Source: a bacterium
Lineage (GTDB): Bacteria; Zhuqueibacterota; Zhuqueibacteria; Oceanimicrobiales; Oceanimicrobiaceae
DNA length: 19,326 bases
NCBI GenBank assembly: GCA_046757025.1
Contig: JBHHXN010000098.1
Coordinates: forward strand, 1 to 19,326
Direction: 5' to 3'
In this document: one piece after another, positions 6,990-15,135 of the stretch
How the letters are laid out: each line of letters opens with the position of its first letter
Position numbering within the stretch: position 1 is the first letter of the stretch
Made by a program: the position numbers and the translations under genes
The notes under the pieces: model-generated
The model's database searches: none
The model's input: only the letters and a program-made list of their open reading frames with translations
Told to the model about the DNA's origin: nothing

Positions 6990-9113
6990 ATGAATTGTTG
7001 CCAAATCCAAACATTAAACAAGCATTCCCATCGCACTTTTCATCGATTTGTTTTGACCTGGTCGGTTGTGACGGTGATTTTCGTGCTATTTATTGGCTTC
7101 GCCAAAAGTTCTGCCAGCGAAGTCTTGAGTCCGGCAGATTTGCTCAAGCTGAAATCGGTGAGCAGCGCGGAGATCAGTCCCGATGGTAATTGGATAGCCT
7201 ATACCCTGCGGGTGCCTCGCACAGCCGATGACCAGCCCGGCGGTGCCTACAGCGAGCTGCACCTGCTTTCCGTGAAAACCGGCCAGTCGAGGCCGTTCAT
7301 CACCGGTAAAGTGGTGGTGTCGGGATTAGCCTGGAAACCGGACGGCTCGGCCATCGCTTTTCGCACGCGCCGCGGCAGCAACGCTAAAACGCAGGTGTGG
7401 ATGATTCCGGTGGACGGCGGCGAGGCACAGCAGCTTACACATGCCAATAATACCGTGTCGAGTTTCAAATGGCATCCCTCCGGGAAAAAACTGGCCTATC
7501 TTGCCACCACCCCGCCATCCAAGCGAGAAAAAAAACTGGCGGAAAAGGGCTACGGCTTCATTTTCTTTGAAGAAAATCTCAAACATCGCAATCTTTATCT
7601 GTTGGATCTAACAGACGAACAGGAAACCCGAGCCGCCAGCCAGCTCACAGAAAATGTCACGGTTTGGTCTTTTGAGTTCTCTCCAGAGGGAGAGACCATT
7701 GCAGCAGCCATTACCCAAAAGAATCTCGTGGACCACCGATACATGTTTCAAAAAATCTACCTGCTGGATGTGGCCAGTAAAAAGCTCACCCAACTCACGG
7801 ACAATCCCGGCAAACTGGGGAATTTCGTATTCAGCCCGGACGGACGCTATCTGGCCTATGCGGCGGCTTTGGAAAGAAAAGATCATGCCGTGAGTCAGGC
7901 GTTTGTCATTCCCGTTACCGGCGGAGAAGCCCGGAATCTAACCGAGCCGAATTTTCGGGGTCACGTCAACTGGGTGGGCTGGAAGGACAAAAACACGCTC
8001 ATCTACCGCGCTGGCGAAGGAGTGTGGTCCACACTCAGTGCCGTGAACGTGTCTGGTGGTAAGCGCAAGATCCTTTTAAATTCCAGAGAGGAGGGTGTGA
8101 TTTTCAGCGCACCCAGCGCCACCTCCAATTTTCAGCACCTTTCCTTTATCGGGCAATCGCCGGAGAGCCCTGGCGAAGTTTATTACTGGAGGAGCGGTAA
8201 AAAGCTGCGCCGATTAACCGTCAGCAACCCCTGGCTGGCGGAGCGAAAGCTGGGCAAACAGGAAGTGGTTCGTTACCAATCGCGAGATAACTGGGATGTG
8301 GAGGGCCTGCTCATCTATCCGGTGGACTATCAAACCGGTCAGAAATACCCGCTGGTGGTGCTGGTGCACGGCGGACCGGAATCGCACTTTTACAACGGCT
8401 GGCTGTCCAATTATTCCCGTCCTGGACAGGTCCTGTCTGGCAAGGGGTATGCGGTATTTTATCCCAATTATCGCTCCAGCACCGGCTACGGTCTGGAATA
8501 TGCTGCCATCGGATACAACGAAGCCGCTGGGCGGGAATTCGATGATATTGCCGACGGCATCGATTTTCTGGTGGAGAAAGGCATCGCAGATCGTGAGCGA
8601 GTGGGCCTGGGCGGCGGTTCTTATGGCGGATTTGCCTCGGCCTGGTTCGCCTCGTACTACACGAAATACGTCAAAGCGGTGTGTATGTTTGTGGGCATCA
8701 GCGATCTTATCAGCAAGCGCGGCACTAGCGACATTCCGTACGAGGAGCTGTACGTGCATTCCGGCAAAAAACTGGAAGAGATGTGGGAACAGAGTTTGAA
8801 ACGCAGCCCCATTTACTGGGCGCATCAAAGCAAAACCGCGACTTTGATTTATGGCGGTACCGCGGATACCCGTGTGCATCCTTCTCAGAGCCTGGAATTT
8901 TACCGCCGCCTGAAAATGAACGACCACCCAGCGGTGCGGCTGGTTCGCTACCCGGGCGAACCGCACGGCAACCGTAAACAGACCGGCCAGATCGATGTGC
9001 TTTATCGAATCATAGATTGGTACGATTGGTACGTGAAGGAAGCCAAACCGCTGAACGGTCCCATGCCGCCGTTGGATATCAGCCATAAGTACGGATTGGA
9101 TTTGCCGGAGTAG
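6990..9113 (+). CDS. Secreted S9 family serine peptidase (dipeptidyl aminopeptidase/acylaminoacyl peptidase-like)
   Basis: Signal-like N-terminus and beta-propeller repeats (ISPDG, WKPDG, FSPEG, FSPDG). VHGGP motif. Catalytic triad GGSYGG (Ser), ADTRV (Asp), GEPHG (His). Strong SD GAGGAGGAGG. Confidence 0.95.
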   Translation: MNCCQIQTLNKHSHRTFHRFVLTWSVVTVIFVLFIGFAKSSASEVLSPADLLKLKSVSSAEISPDGNWIAYTLRVPRTADDQPGGAYSELHLLSVKTGQSRPFITGKVVVSGLAWKPDGSAIAFRTRRGSNAKTQVWMIPVDGGEAQQLTHANNTVSSFKWHPSGKKLAYLATTPPSKREKKLAEKGYGFIFFEENLKHRNLYLLDLTDEQETRAASQLTENVTVWSFEFSPEGETIAAAITQKNLVDHRYMFQKIYLLDVASKKLTQLTDNPGKLGNFVFSPDGRYLAYAAALERKDHAVSQAFVIPVTGGEARNLTEPNFRGHVNWVGWKDKNTLIYRAGEGVWSTLSAVNVSGGKRKILLNSREEGVIFSAPSATSNFQHLSFIGQSPESPGEVYYWRSGKKLRRLTVSNPWLAERKLGKQEVVRYQSRDNWDVEGLLIYPVDYQTGQKYPLVVLVHGGPESHFYNGWLSNYSRPGQVLSGKGYAVFYPNYRSSTGYGLEYAAIGYNEAAGREFDDIADGIDFLVEKGIADRERVGLGGGSYGGFASAWFASYYTKYVKAVCMFVGISDLISKRGTSDIPYEELYVHSGKKLEEMWEQSLKRSPIYWAHQSKTATLIYGGTADTRVHPSQSLEFYRRLKMNDHPAVRLVRYPGEPHGNRKQTGQIDVLYRIIDWYDWYVKEAKPLNGPMPPLDISHKYGLDLPE

Positions 9114-9186
9114 ATGGGGGTGGAAGATAGAAGATAGAAAATTGTGACTTGAATTCCGATTTCAGGTTTTCGATGATTAATTGTAG
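9110..9186. repeat. Degenerate 7-nt periodic tandem repeat (STRR-like)
   Basis: GTAGATG GGGGTGG AAGATAG AAGATAG AAAATTG TGACTTG AATTCCG ATTTCAG GTTTTCG ATGATTA ATTGTAG. G is at position 7 in 10 of 11 units and a pyrimidine is at position 5 in 10 of 11. Confidence 0.55.
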
Positions 9187-9223
9187 CCCCGGATTCGGAT
9201 TAAGGGTCCGGGGCTTTGTTTTT
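9185..9223 (+). terminator. Intrinsic terminator after the S9 peptidase, overlapping the 3' end of the convergent kinase gene
   Basis: 12-bp stem AGCCCCGGATTC/GGGTCCGGGGCT (two G-U pairs), 7-nt loop, followed by TTGTTTTT. Confidence 0.8.
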
Positions 9224-11176
9224 ATTCTGGCTATTGACGTACTTATTCTCACCGTCAACCATTTCATGCAGATTGTCGGGAATGGAGATGGTAAAGGTGG
9301 TGCCTTTGCCCACCTTGCTTTCCACTCGAATATCCCCTTTGTGTTTTAAAACGATGTTGTACGAGGAATACAGACCGGTGCGCATGCGCACACGTGATTT
9401 TTTTTCTGTGAAGCCCGGCTCAAATAGTTGGGCGATTTTTTCTTCTGGAATGCCTTTGCCGGTGTCGGCAATTTTGATATTAATGTGACCGTTTTCTTTG
9501 AAGGTCTGGATGCTTATGGCGCCCTGCTCCGGGATGGCTTGGATGGCATTCAACAAAAGATTCATGAAAACCTGATTCAGTTCGCTGGGAAAGTGGTATA
9601 TTTCAGGGATGTCGCCGTATTCTTTACGGATGATGATGCCGTCTTTTAAATCGTGCTCCAGAAGGGTGAGGGTGTTCTCCAATCCGTCGTGGATATGCGT
9701 TTTTTGAAATGTGGCTTCGTCCAGGCGTGAAAAGTTTTTCAGGCTTTTGATGATTTTTAAGATACGATTGGTGCCGCGGGTGGTGATTTCGTTGTTCTGC
9801 TGTAAAATTTCATAAATGGAAATCAGTTTTTTATAGTGCTCTTTTGTTTTTTGAATATCCGTGGACTCCAATATTTGTTTTAAGATGTCACACACCCGTT
9901 CGGCCACATCCACGGAGCTTTTGATGGCGCCGATGGGACTGTTTATTTCATGGATGATGCCGGCCACCAATTGCCCCAAGGCCACCATTTTACCCGACTG
10001 CACCAGCTGCGCCTGCGTAGCGTTGAGCTGCTTCAGCGTTTGTTTCAGGGCGTCGTTTTTAGCTTTCAGCTCGACGTTTTTCAGCCGGTAGATTTCCGCT
10101 TCCTTTTTGGAGGATTCGATCTGATAGGCGGATTTGAGATTTTTAAACTGCGTTTCGGTGTCTTCGTGAAACACTTCTTCGTGGATGGCGTGGTACTTTT
10201 CATGATGCGCCAGAGCTTTTTCGAGCTGTCCGAGTGGTTTGTAACACTGGTACAATGCCTCATGAGCTTTGCTGGTCTTGATCTTCGCCTTGACTTTTTG
10301 CGAGAGCACCAGCGCTTCATGTAAAATTTTCAGGGCTTGCTGGATTTTTTTTTGCTTGAGATATACCTGACCAATGTCCAGCAGGTTGGTGGTTTCCCCC
10401 TGGGGATAATTTATTTTACGGCGAATGACCAGACTTTTTTGATGATATTCCAGCGCCTCTTCATATTTTTCCAGACTCTGAAAAATCAGTCCGATATCGT
10501 TTAACGTTTTCGATTCGCCATACAAGTATTCCATAGACTGGTTGATCTTCAGGCTTTTTCTTTGGTACGCCAATGCTTTGGTGTGGTCGCCCATGAGATG
10601 ATAAGCATTCCCGATGCCGTTCAGGGCACGCGCCTGGCCATTGAGATTCTGAGTGTCTCTAAATATGCCGTAGGCTTTTTTAAAATGCTCGCGCGATTGT
10701 TGGTAATTTTTCCAGTCGTAATAGAAGCTGCCCAGGGTGTTGTATGCCCAGGCCCGGCCATCGCAATTGTTGAATTTCTCGAAAATTTTGAGGGTTTTCG
10801 AAATGGCGTCAAAGCCGCGCTGGAAATCGCCGAATCCCCAATAGATGAAGGCCAGTCCGTGGTTGGCATTGGCCTCGCCTTCCAGGTCGTGGTGGTCTTC
10901 AAACCACTGCAGGGCGTCCAGCAGATTGCTCATGGCTTTTTCCACTTCCGCCCGCGAATAGCAGAGGTAACCCATGTTGGTTTTTGCATGAGCCAGCCCT
11001 CGGTCGTAGGCAATTTTTTGCGCTAATTGAAAACTTTCCTCTGCAACTTCCTGGGCGCGTTTGGGCTCGGTTACCCAGATTTCTCTGAACAGCGCGTTGA
11101 GCAAATCGACCCGCTTCTGGTGCTCCTTGCCCACAGCTTGTAATTGCGATTCGAGATTTTGAATTTTTGAGTTCAT
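9200..11176 (-). CDS. Soluble TPR-repeat sensor histidine kinase (NtrB-like HisKA + HATPase_c)
   Basis: N-terminal TPR array (e.g. ARALNGIGNAYHLMGDHTKALAYQRKSL) and a coiled coil. H-box VAGIIHEINSP, N-box NQVFMNLLLNAIQA, G1 DTGKGI, F-box LFEPGFT, G3 GKGTTF. No TM segment. Confidence 0.93.
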   Translation of the reverse strand: MNSKIQNLESQLQAVGKEHQKRVDLLNALFREIWVTEPKRAQEVAEESFQLAQKIAYDRGLAHAKTNMGYLCYSRAEVEKAMSNLLDALQWFEDHHDLEGEANANHGLAFIYWGFGDFQRGFDAISKTLKIFEKFNNCDGRAWAYNTLGSFYYDWKNYQQSREHFKKAYGIFRDTQNLNGQARALNGIGNAYHLMGDHTKALAYQRKSLKINQSMEYLYGESKTLNDIGLIFQSLEKYEEALEYHQKSLVIRRKINYPQGETTNLLDIGQVYLKQKKIQQALKILHEALVLSQKVKAKIKTSKAHEALYQCYKPLGQLEKALAHHEKYHAIHEEVFHEDTETQFKNLKSAYQIESSKKEAEIYRLKNVELKAKNDALKQTLKQLNATQAQLVQSGKMVALGQLVAGIIHEINSPIGAIKSSVDVAERVCDILKQILESTDIQKTKEHYKKLISIYEILQQNNEITTRGTNRILKIIKSLKNFSRLDEATFQKTHIHDGLENTLTLLEHDLKDGIIIRKEYGDIPEIYHFPSELNQVFMNLLLNAIQAIPEQGAISIQTFKENGHINIKIADTGKGIPEEKIAQLFEPGFTEKKSRVRMRTGLYSSYNIVLKHKGDIRVESKVGKGTTFTISIPDNLHEMVDGENKYVNSQNKNKAPDP

Positions 11177-11371
11177 AACTTGGTCCGGCTCATTATGTCG
11201 TGTTCCGGCATTTCGATGAACGGCTAAAAATCGGTGTGTTAATCATTAAAACATGATTTTTTGACTGGCTATTTCAAATTGTCCAAAGAAATTTAGCGTT
11301 TTGCGAATACCGAAGATTTTTTGTTTCCAGATTTGGATGATTTTATTTTGTTTGTTGAATTTCACGCCAAA

Positions 11372-11400
11372 AAGTTACCATTATTTATTCATTTTGTCAA
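11372..11400 (-). promoter_or_regulatory. Sigma70-type promoter of the histidine kinase
   Basis: Minus strand TTGACA (11400-11395), 17-nt spacer ending in TGG, then TAACTT (11377-11372). Confidence 0.6.
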
Positions 11401-11522
11401 TCATTTGTTGAGTTTCCGCAAACAGAAAAATTTATTATGGGCAATTGGAAACTTAAGTCGAGCAATAATTGGCCAGAAGTTGGATGGATAACGCCCCGCA
11501 ATGGGTAAATGCTGTTACAAAA

Positions 11523-11567
11523 TGTTATAATTTTTTGGTTGAATAGCAGGAACGAAAATGGTAATTT
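11523..11567 (+). promoter_or_regulatory. Candidate tandem sigma70 promoters of the VPS10/BNR gene
   Basis: Extended -10 TGTTATAAT (11523-11531). A second candidate is TTGAAT (11539-11544), 17-nt spacer ending in TGG, then TAATTT (11562-11567). Confidence 0.55.
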
Positions 11568-11699
11568 TGAAGGATGAAACCCGTAAAACAGGTCCACTCT
11601 GTTTACGAAAAGAATATTCGGGCGACTCAAAGTAAGCATTTTGTCTCATTCATTTTCCAAAGCAAAAACACCATCATTTACCAACGAAGAGGAGGAATC

Positions 11700-14600
11700 A
11701 TGGATTTTATTTATCCTGAACAGAAAGGGCATGACAATCGGAATGTTCTGATCCTGATGTGTGTTTGTTTGTTGTCGTTTTTTATGCAGAGTGCAGCATA
11801 CGCTCAAAAGCTCGATATGGATAAGCTCCACGGTTTGAAAGCTCGCAGCATCGGCCCAGCGGGCATGAGCGGCCGGGTGACGGCCATTGATGCGGTGCAC
11901 ACAAACCCGGACATCATTTACGTGGGAACGGCTTCGGGCGGATTGTGGAAATCCACCAGCGGCGGCATCGACTGGCAGCCCATATTCGATGATCAGCCGG
12001 TGGCGTCCATTGGCGCGGTGGCTATCGTCCAGCGCACGCCGGACGTCATCTGGGTGGGCACGGGCGAGGGCAATCCCCGCAACAGCCAGACCAGCGGCAA
12101 CGGCGTGTACAAGAGCCTCGACGGCGGTAAAACCTGGCAGCATCTGGGGCTGGCCAATTCCCGCAACATTCACCGACTGCTCATCGATCCGTTTGATCCC
12201 GACATCGTTTACGTAGGTGTGCAGGGACCCGCCTGGGGTGAAAGCTCCGAACGCGGGGTTTACAAAACCACCGACGGCGGCAAAACCTGGAAGCGCATCC
12301 TGTTTGCGAACAACAAAACCGGCATTGCGGATCTGGTCATGGATCCCGTGAATCCCAACAAACTTTATGCTGCCCTGTGGGAGTTCCGGCGCTGGCCGTG
12401 GTTTTTCAAGTCCGGTGGGCCGGGCTCTGGATTGTACATCACTTTTGACGGCGGAGAAAATTGGCAAAAACGCACCCACGAAGACGGGCTGCCTAAAGGC
12501 GAGCTCGGTCGCATCGGACTGGCGGTAGCGCGCAGTGCGCCTAACAAAGTGTACGCCCTGATAGAGGCCAAAAAGAACGCTTTGTATGGCTCCGAAGACG
12601 GCGGTTTTAAATGGCGCAAAATTGCCGACCGAAACATCGGTAATCGGCCTTTTTATTATGCGGAAATTTATGTGGACCCTCAGAATGAGAATCGCATTTA
12701 CAACCTGCATTCCAGCGTCACCGTCAGTGAAGACGGCGGCAAAACGTTTCGCAGTTTTATTCCAAGATCAAAAATTCATCCGGATCATCACGCCTTCTGG
12801 ATTCATCCCGAAGACGGCAGCTTTATGATGGATGGCAACGACGGTGGCATGGCCATCTCTCACGACCGCGGTAAAACCTGGCGCTTTGTGGAAAATCTGC
12901 CGCTGGCGCAATTCTATCACATCAACGTCGATATGGAGATGCCCTACCATGTGTACGGCGGCATGCAGGACAACGGCTCCTGGCGTGGTCCGAGTCAGGT
13001 GTGGCGGGCAGGTGGCATTCGCAATGCCTACTGGGAAGAAGTGGCTTTTGGCGACGGCTTTGATGTGGTGCCCGACCCGAGCGATTCCCGCTACGGCTAC
13101 GCCATGTCCCAGGGGGGCAATTTGCGGCGTTATAATCTGGTCACCGGCACCCAAAAACTCATTCGGCCGGTGCATCCGGATGGCGTGCAATTGCGCTTCA
13201 ATTGGAATGCCGGCATCGCGCCGGATCCGTTCGACAAAAAGACCATTTACTACGGTAGCCAGTTTCTGCACAAAAGCCCCGATCGCGGCGATAGCTGGCA
13301 AATCATTTCGCCGGATCTCACCAGCAACGATCCGGAAAAACAAAAGCAGTTGGACAGCGGCGGCCTGACGTACGACGTAACCGCGGCTGAAAATTTCACC
13401 ACCATTGTCGCCATCGCACCCAGCCCGGTGCAGCGAAACGTCATTTGGGTGGGAACCGACGACGGTCAGGTTCAGCTCACCCGGGACGGCGGCAAAACCT
13501 GGACCAATGTGGTAAAGAAAATCAAAGGCGTGCCGGCAGGCACCTGGGTACCCCAGATTCAGGCTTCTACTTACGCGGCAGCCGAAGCGTTCGTGGTGTT
13601 TGACAATCACCGCCGCAACGATTGGACGCCGTACGTTTATCACACTAAGAATTTCGGCAAATCGTGGAAACGCCTGGCAGATGAAAAAGATGTGTTTGGT
13701 TATGCGCTGGCCATCGCGCAAGACCCGGTGGCGCCCAATCTGCTGTTTCTGGGAACCGAGTTTGGTCTCTATGTCAGCATCGATTTCGGCGCCAACTGGA
13801 GCAAGTGGAAACCCGGCTTTCCCACCGTTTCCACCATGGATCTGGTCATTCATCCCCGCGACCACGACCTGGTGATCGGCACATTCGGCCGGGCCGCGTA
13901 TGTACTCGATGACATTCGACCGCTGCGGGCGCTGGCACAAAAAGGCGCGCAACTGCTGAATAAACCCGTCCATGTCTTTGATATTCCGGATGCCAGCATT
14001 ACTATTCGTAAGCAAGCTGCAGGTACCAGATTTGCCGGGGAAGCTGAATTTTCTGGAGAAAATCGCCCGCGCGGGGCGTTGATCAGTTTTGTGTTTAATC
14101 CCGATACTACAGCAAAAAAAGCGAAAACAGTTAAAGGCGCTCGCAAAGCACGCGGGAAGCCGGCGCACTCTGAGCGGGCTAAATCCGCAGCGGACAGCGT
14201 CAAAATCGAAATACGAAACGCCGCCGGGGAGTTGATTCGGACTTTGCGGGCGCCGGCCAAACCCGGCATCAATCGCACCACCTGGAGGCTAGACCGAAAA
14301 GGCGTGCGTTTTCCCACGCAGCCCAAACCGCGTCCCGGAGCGCGCGAACGCGGCGGTATGCCGGTGATGCCCGGCACTTACACCGTGCGCATTCACAACG
14401 GCGGCCATGTAGACTCCGCCACCGTGGAGGTGAAATTGGATCCGCGCGTGGAAATCGCCCGCTTCGATTTGCAAAAGCGATTTGGTGCCATAGAGCGGCT
14501 GATGAAAAAAGTGCAAGTGGCCACCGACGCGGCAGATCGTTTGCGTGAGGCACAAAAGACCATCCGTTTGATTACGGGACAAATTCGAGAGCGCAAAGAC

Positions 14601-14936
14601 GACGCCGCCAAAGATCTGAAGAAAAAGGGCAAGGCTCTGCAGGATTCTATCAAAACCCTGTTGGAGCTGATAAACCCGCGTGAAGTCCAGGGCATCCGCC
14701 GGGATCCCAATATTGTCAGCGCGAAATTGCGTTCGGCATTTTCGTATCTGCGCTCCTCCATGGAGGCGCCGGGCGAAACCGAAAGCATCGCGGTCAAGCA
14801 AGCCGAAGACAGCATTCAGGAAGTGCTGGATAAATTTAATGCGTTTTTTGATAAGGACTGGCGGGATTATTTCAACGCGGTCAATGCCGCCGACATCAAG
14901 CTGATTGAAGAATATGAGCCGTTAAAAATAGAATAA
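11700..14936 (+). CDS. Secreted VPS10/sortilin-like beta-propeller protein with BNR/Asp-box repeats (often annotated glycosyl hydrolase), ~1078 aa
   Basis: RSIGPAGMSGRVTAI, many S/TxDGGKTW Asp-boxes, YGGMQDNGSW, GDGF, RFNWN, and a C-terminal Ig-like plus helical tail. Start moved from 11574 to the in-frame ATG at 11700, which has SD GAGGAGG and restores an N-terminal signal peptide ending AYA|Q. Confidence 0.92.
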   Translation: MDFIYPEQKGHDNRNVLILMCVCLLSFFMQSAAYAQKLDMDKLHGLKARSIGPAGMSGRVTAIDAVHTNPDIIYVGTASGGLWKSTSGGIDWQPIFDDQPVASIGAVAIVQRTPDVIWVGTGEGNPRNSQTSGNGVYKSLDGGKTWQHLGLANSRNIHRLLIDPFDPDIVYVGVQGPAWGESSERGVYKTTDGGKTWKRILFANNKTGIADLVMDPVNPNKLYAALWEFRRWPWFFKSGGPGSGLYITFDGGENWQKRTHEDGLPKGELGRIGLAVARSAPNKVYALIEAKKNALYGSEDGGFKWRKIADRNIGNRPFYYAEIYVDPQNENRIYNLHSSVTVSEDGGKTFRSFIPRSKIHPDHHAFWIHPEDGSFMMDGNDGGMAISHDRGKTWRFVENLPLAQFYHINVDMEMPYHVYGGMQDNGSWRGPSQVWRAGGIRNAYWEEVAFGDGFDVVPDPSDSRYGYAMSQGGNLRRYNLVTGTQKLIRPVHPDGVQLRFNWNAGIAPDPFDKKTIYYGSQFLHKSPDRGDSWQIISPDLTSNDPEKQKQLDSGGLTYDVTAAENFTTIVAIAPSPVQRNVIWVGTDDGQVQLTRDGGKTWTNVVKKIKGVPAGTWVPQIQASTYAAAEAFVVFDNHRRNDWTPYVYHTKNFGKSWKRLADEKDVFGYALAIAQDPVAPNLLFLGTEFGLYVSIDFGANWSKWKPGFPTVSTMDLVIHPRDHDLVIGTFGRAAYVLDDIRPLRALAQKGAQLLNKPVHVFDIPDASITIRKQAAGTRFAGEAEFSGENRPRGALISFVFNPDTTAKKAKTVKGARKARGKPAHSERAKSAADSVKIEIRNAAGELIRTLRAPAKPGINRTTWRLDRKGVRFPTQPKPRPGARERGGMPVMPGTYTVRIHNGGHVDSATVEVKLDPRVEIARFDLQKRFGAIERLMKKVQVATDAADRLREAQKTIRLITGQIRERKDDAAKDLKKKGKALQDSIKTLLELINPREVQGIRRDPNIVSAKLRSAFSYLRSSMEAPGETESIAVKQAEDSIQEVLDKFNAFFDKDWRDYFNAVNAADIKLIEEYEPLKIE

Positions 14937-15020
14937 AATCCACTTCGAATTCGGCAGTGTGTTCAAATTAAGGTTTAATATTTCAGAAAAAATCGTATTT
15001 TAATAAGATATTTGAATGGA

Positions 15021-15135
15021 GCGTTTTTTGTCAGGGAACGTCATCCCCGCATGTGTTTAGCGAAAACCCGTTCACCATGTGAGAATGAGAATCCGGTATC
15101 CACATGTGGGAATAATTGTTTTGACTCAAAAAAGC
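15021..15135. repeat. Decayed GTCA-type palindromic (REP/RPE-like) element
   Basis: GTCATCCCCGCATGTG (15040-15055) is matched by inverted CACATGTGGGAATAAT (15101-15116), 12/16 identical to the expected CACATGCGGGGATGAC. Outer imperfect arms are GCGTTTTTTGTCA / TGACTCAAAAAAGC. Confidence 0.55.

Noticed and set aside
10345..10353. A9 tract in the kinase coding strand (A8 tracts elsewhere) as phase-variation sites
   Set aside because: Reading frames are intact and the tracts are explained by Lys codons.
11173..11211. 12-codon uORF MPEHDIMSRTKL overlapping the kinase start (ATGA)
   Set aside because: No SD, and an ORF this short is expected by chance.
11437..11508. 23-aa Trp-containing small ORF MGNWKLKSSNNWPEVGWITPRNG
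   Set aside because: No SD, it lies upstream of the predicted plus-strand promoters, and there is no attenuator or Trp-related downstream gene.
11574..11699. Upstream start for the VPS10 ORF given in the track
   Set aside because: ATG 11700 has a much stronger SD and puts the signal peptide at the N-terminus.
11646..14168. Long antisense ORFs (354 aa and 466 aa) opposite the VPS10 gene; likewise 8214-9086 and 4661-5329
   Set aside because: They are shadow frames of genes with strong codon bias, with no recognisable motifs.
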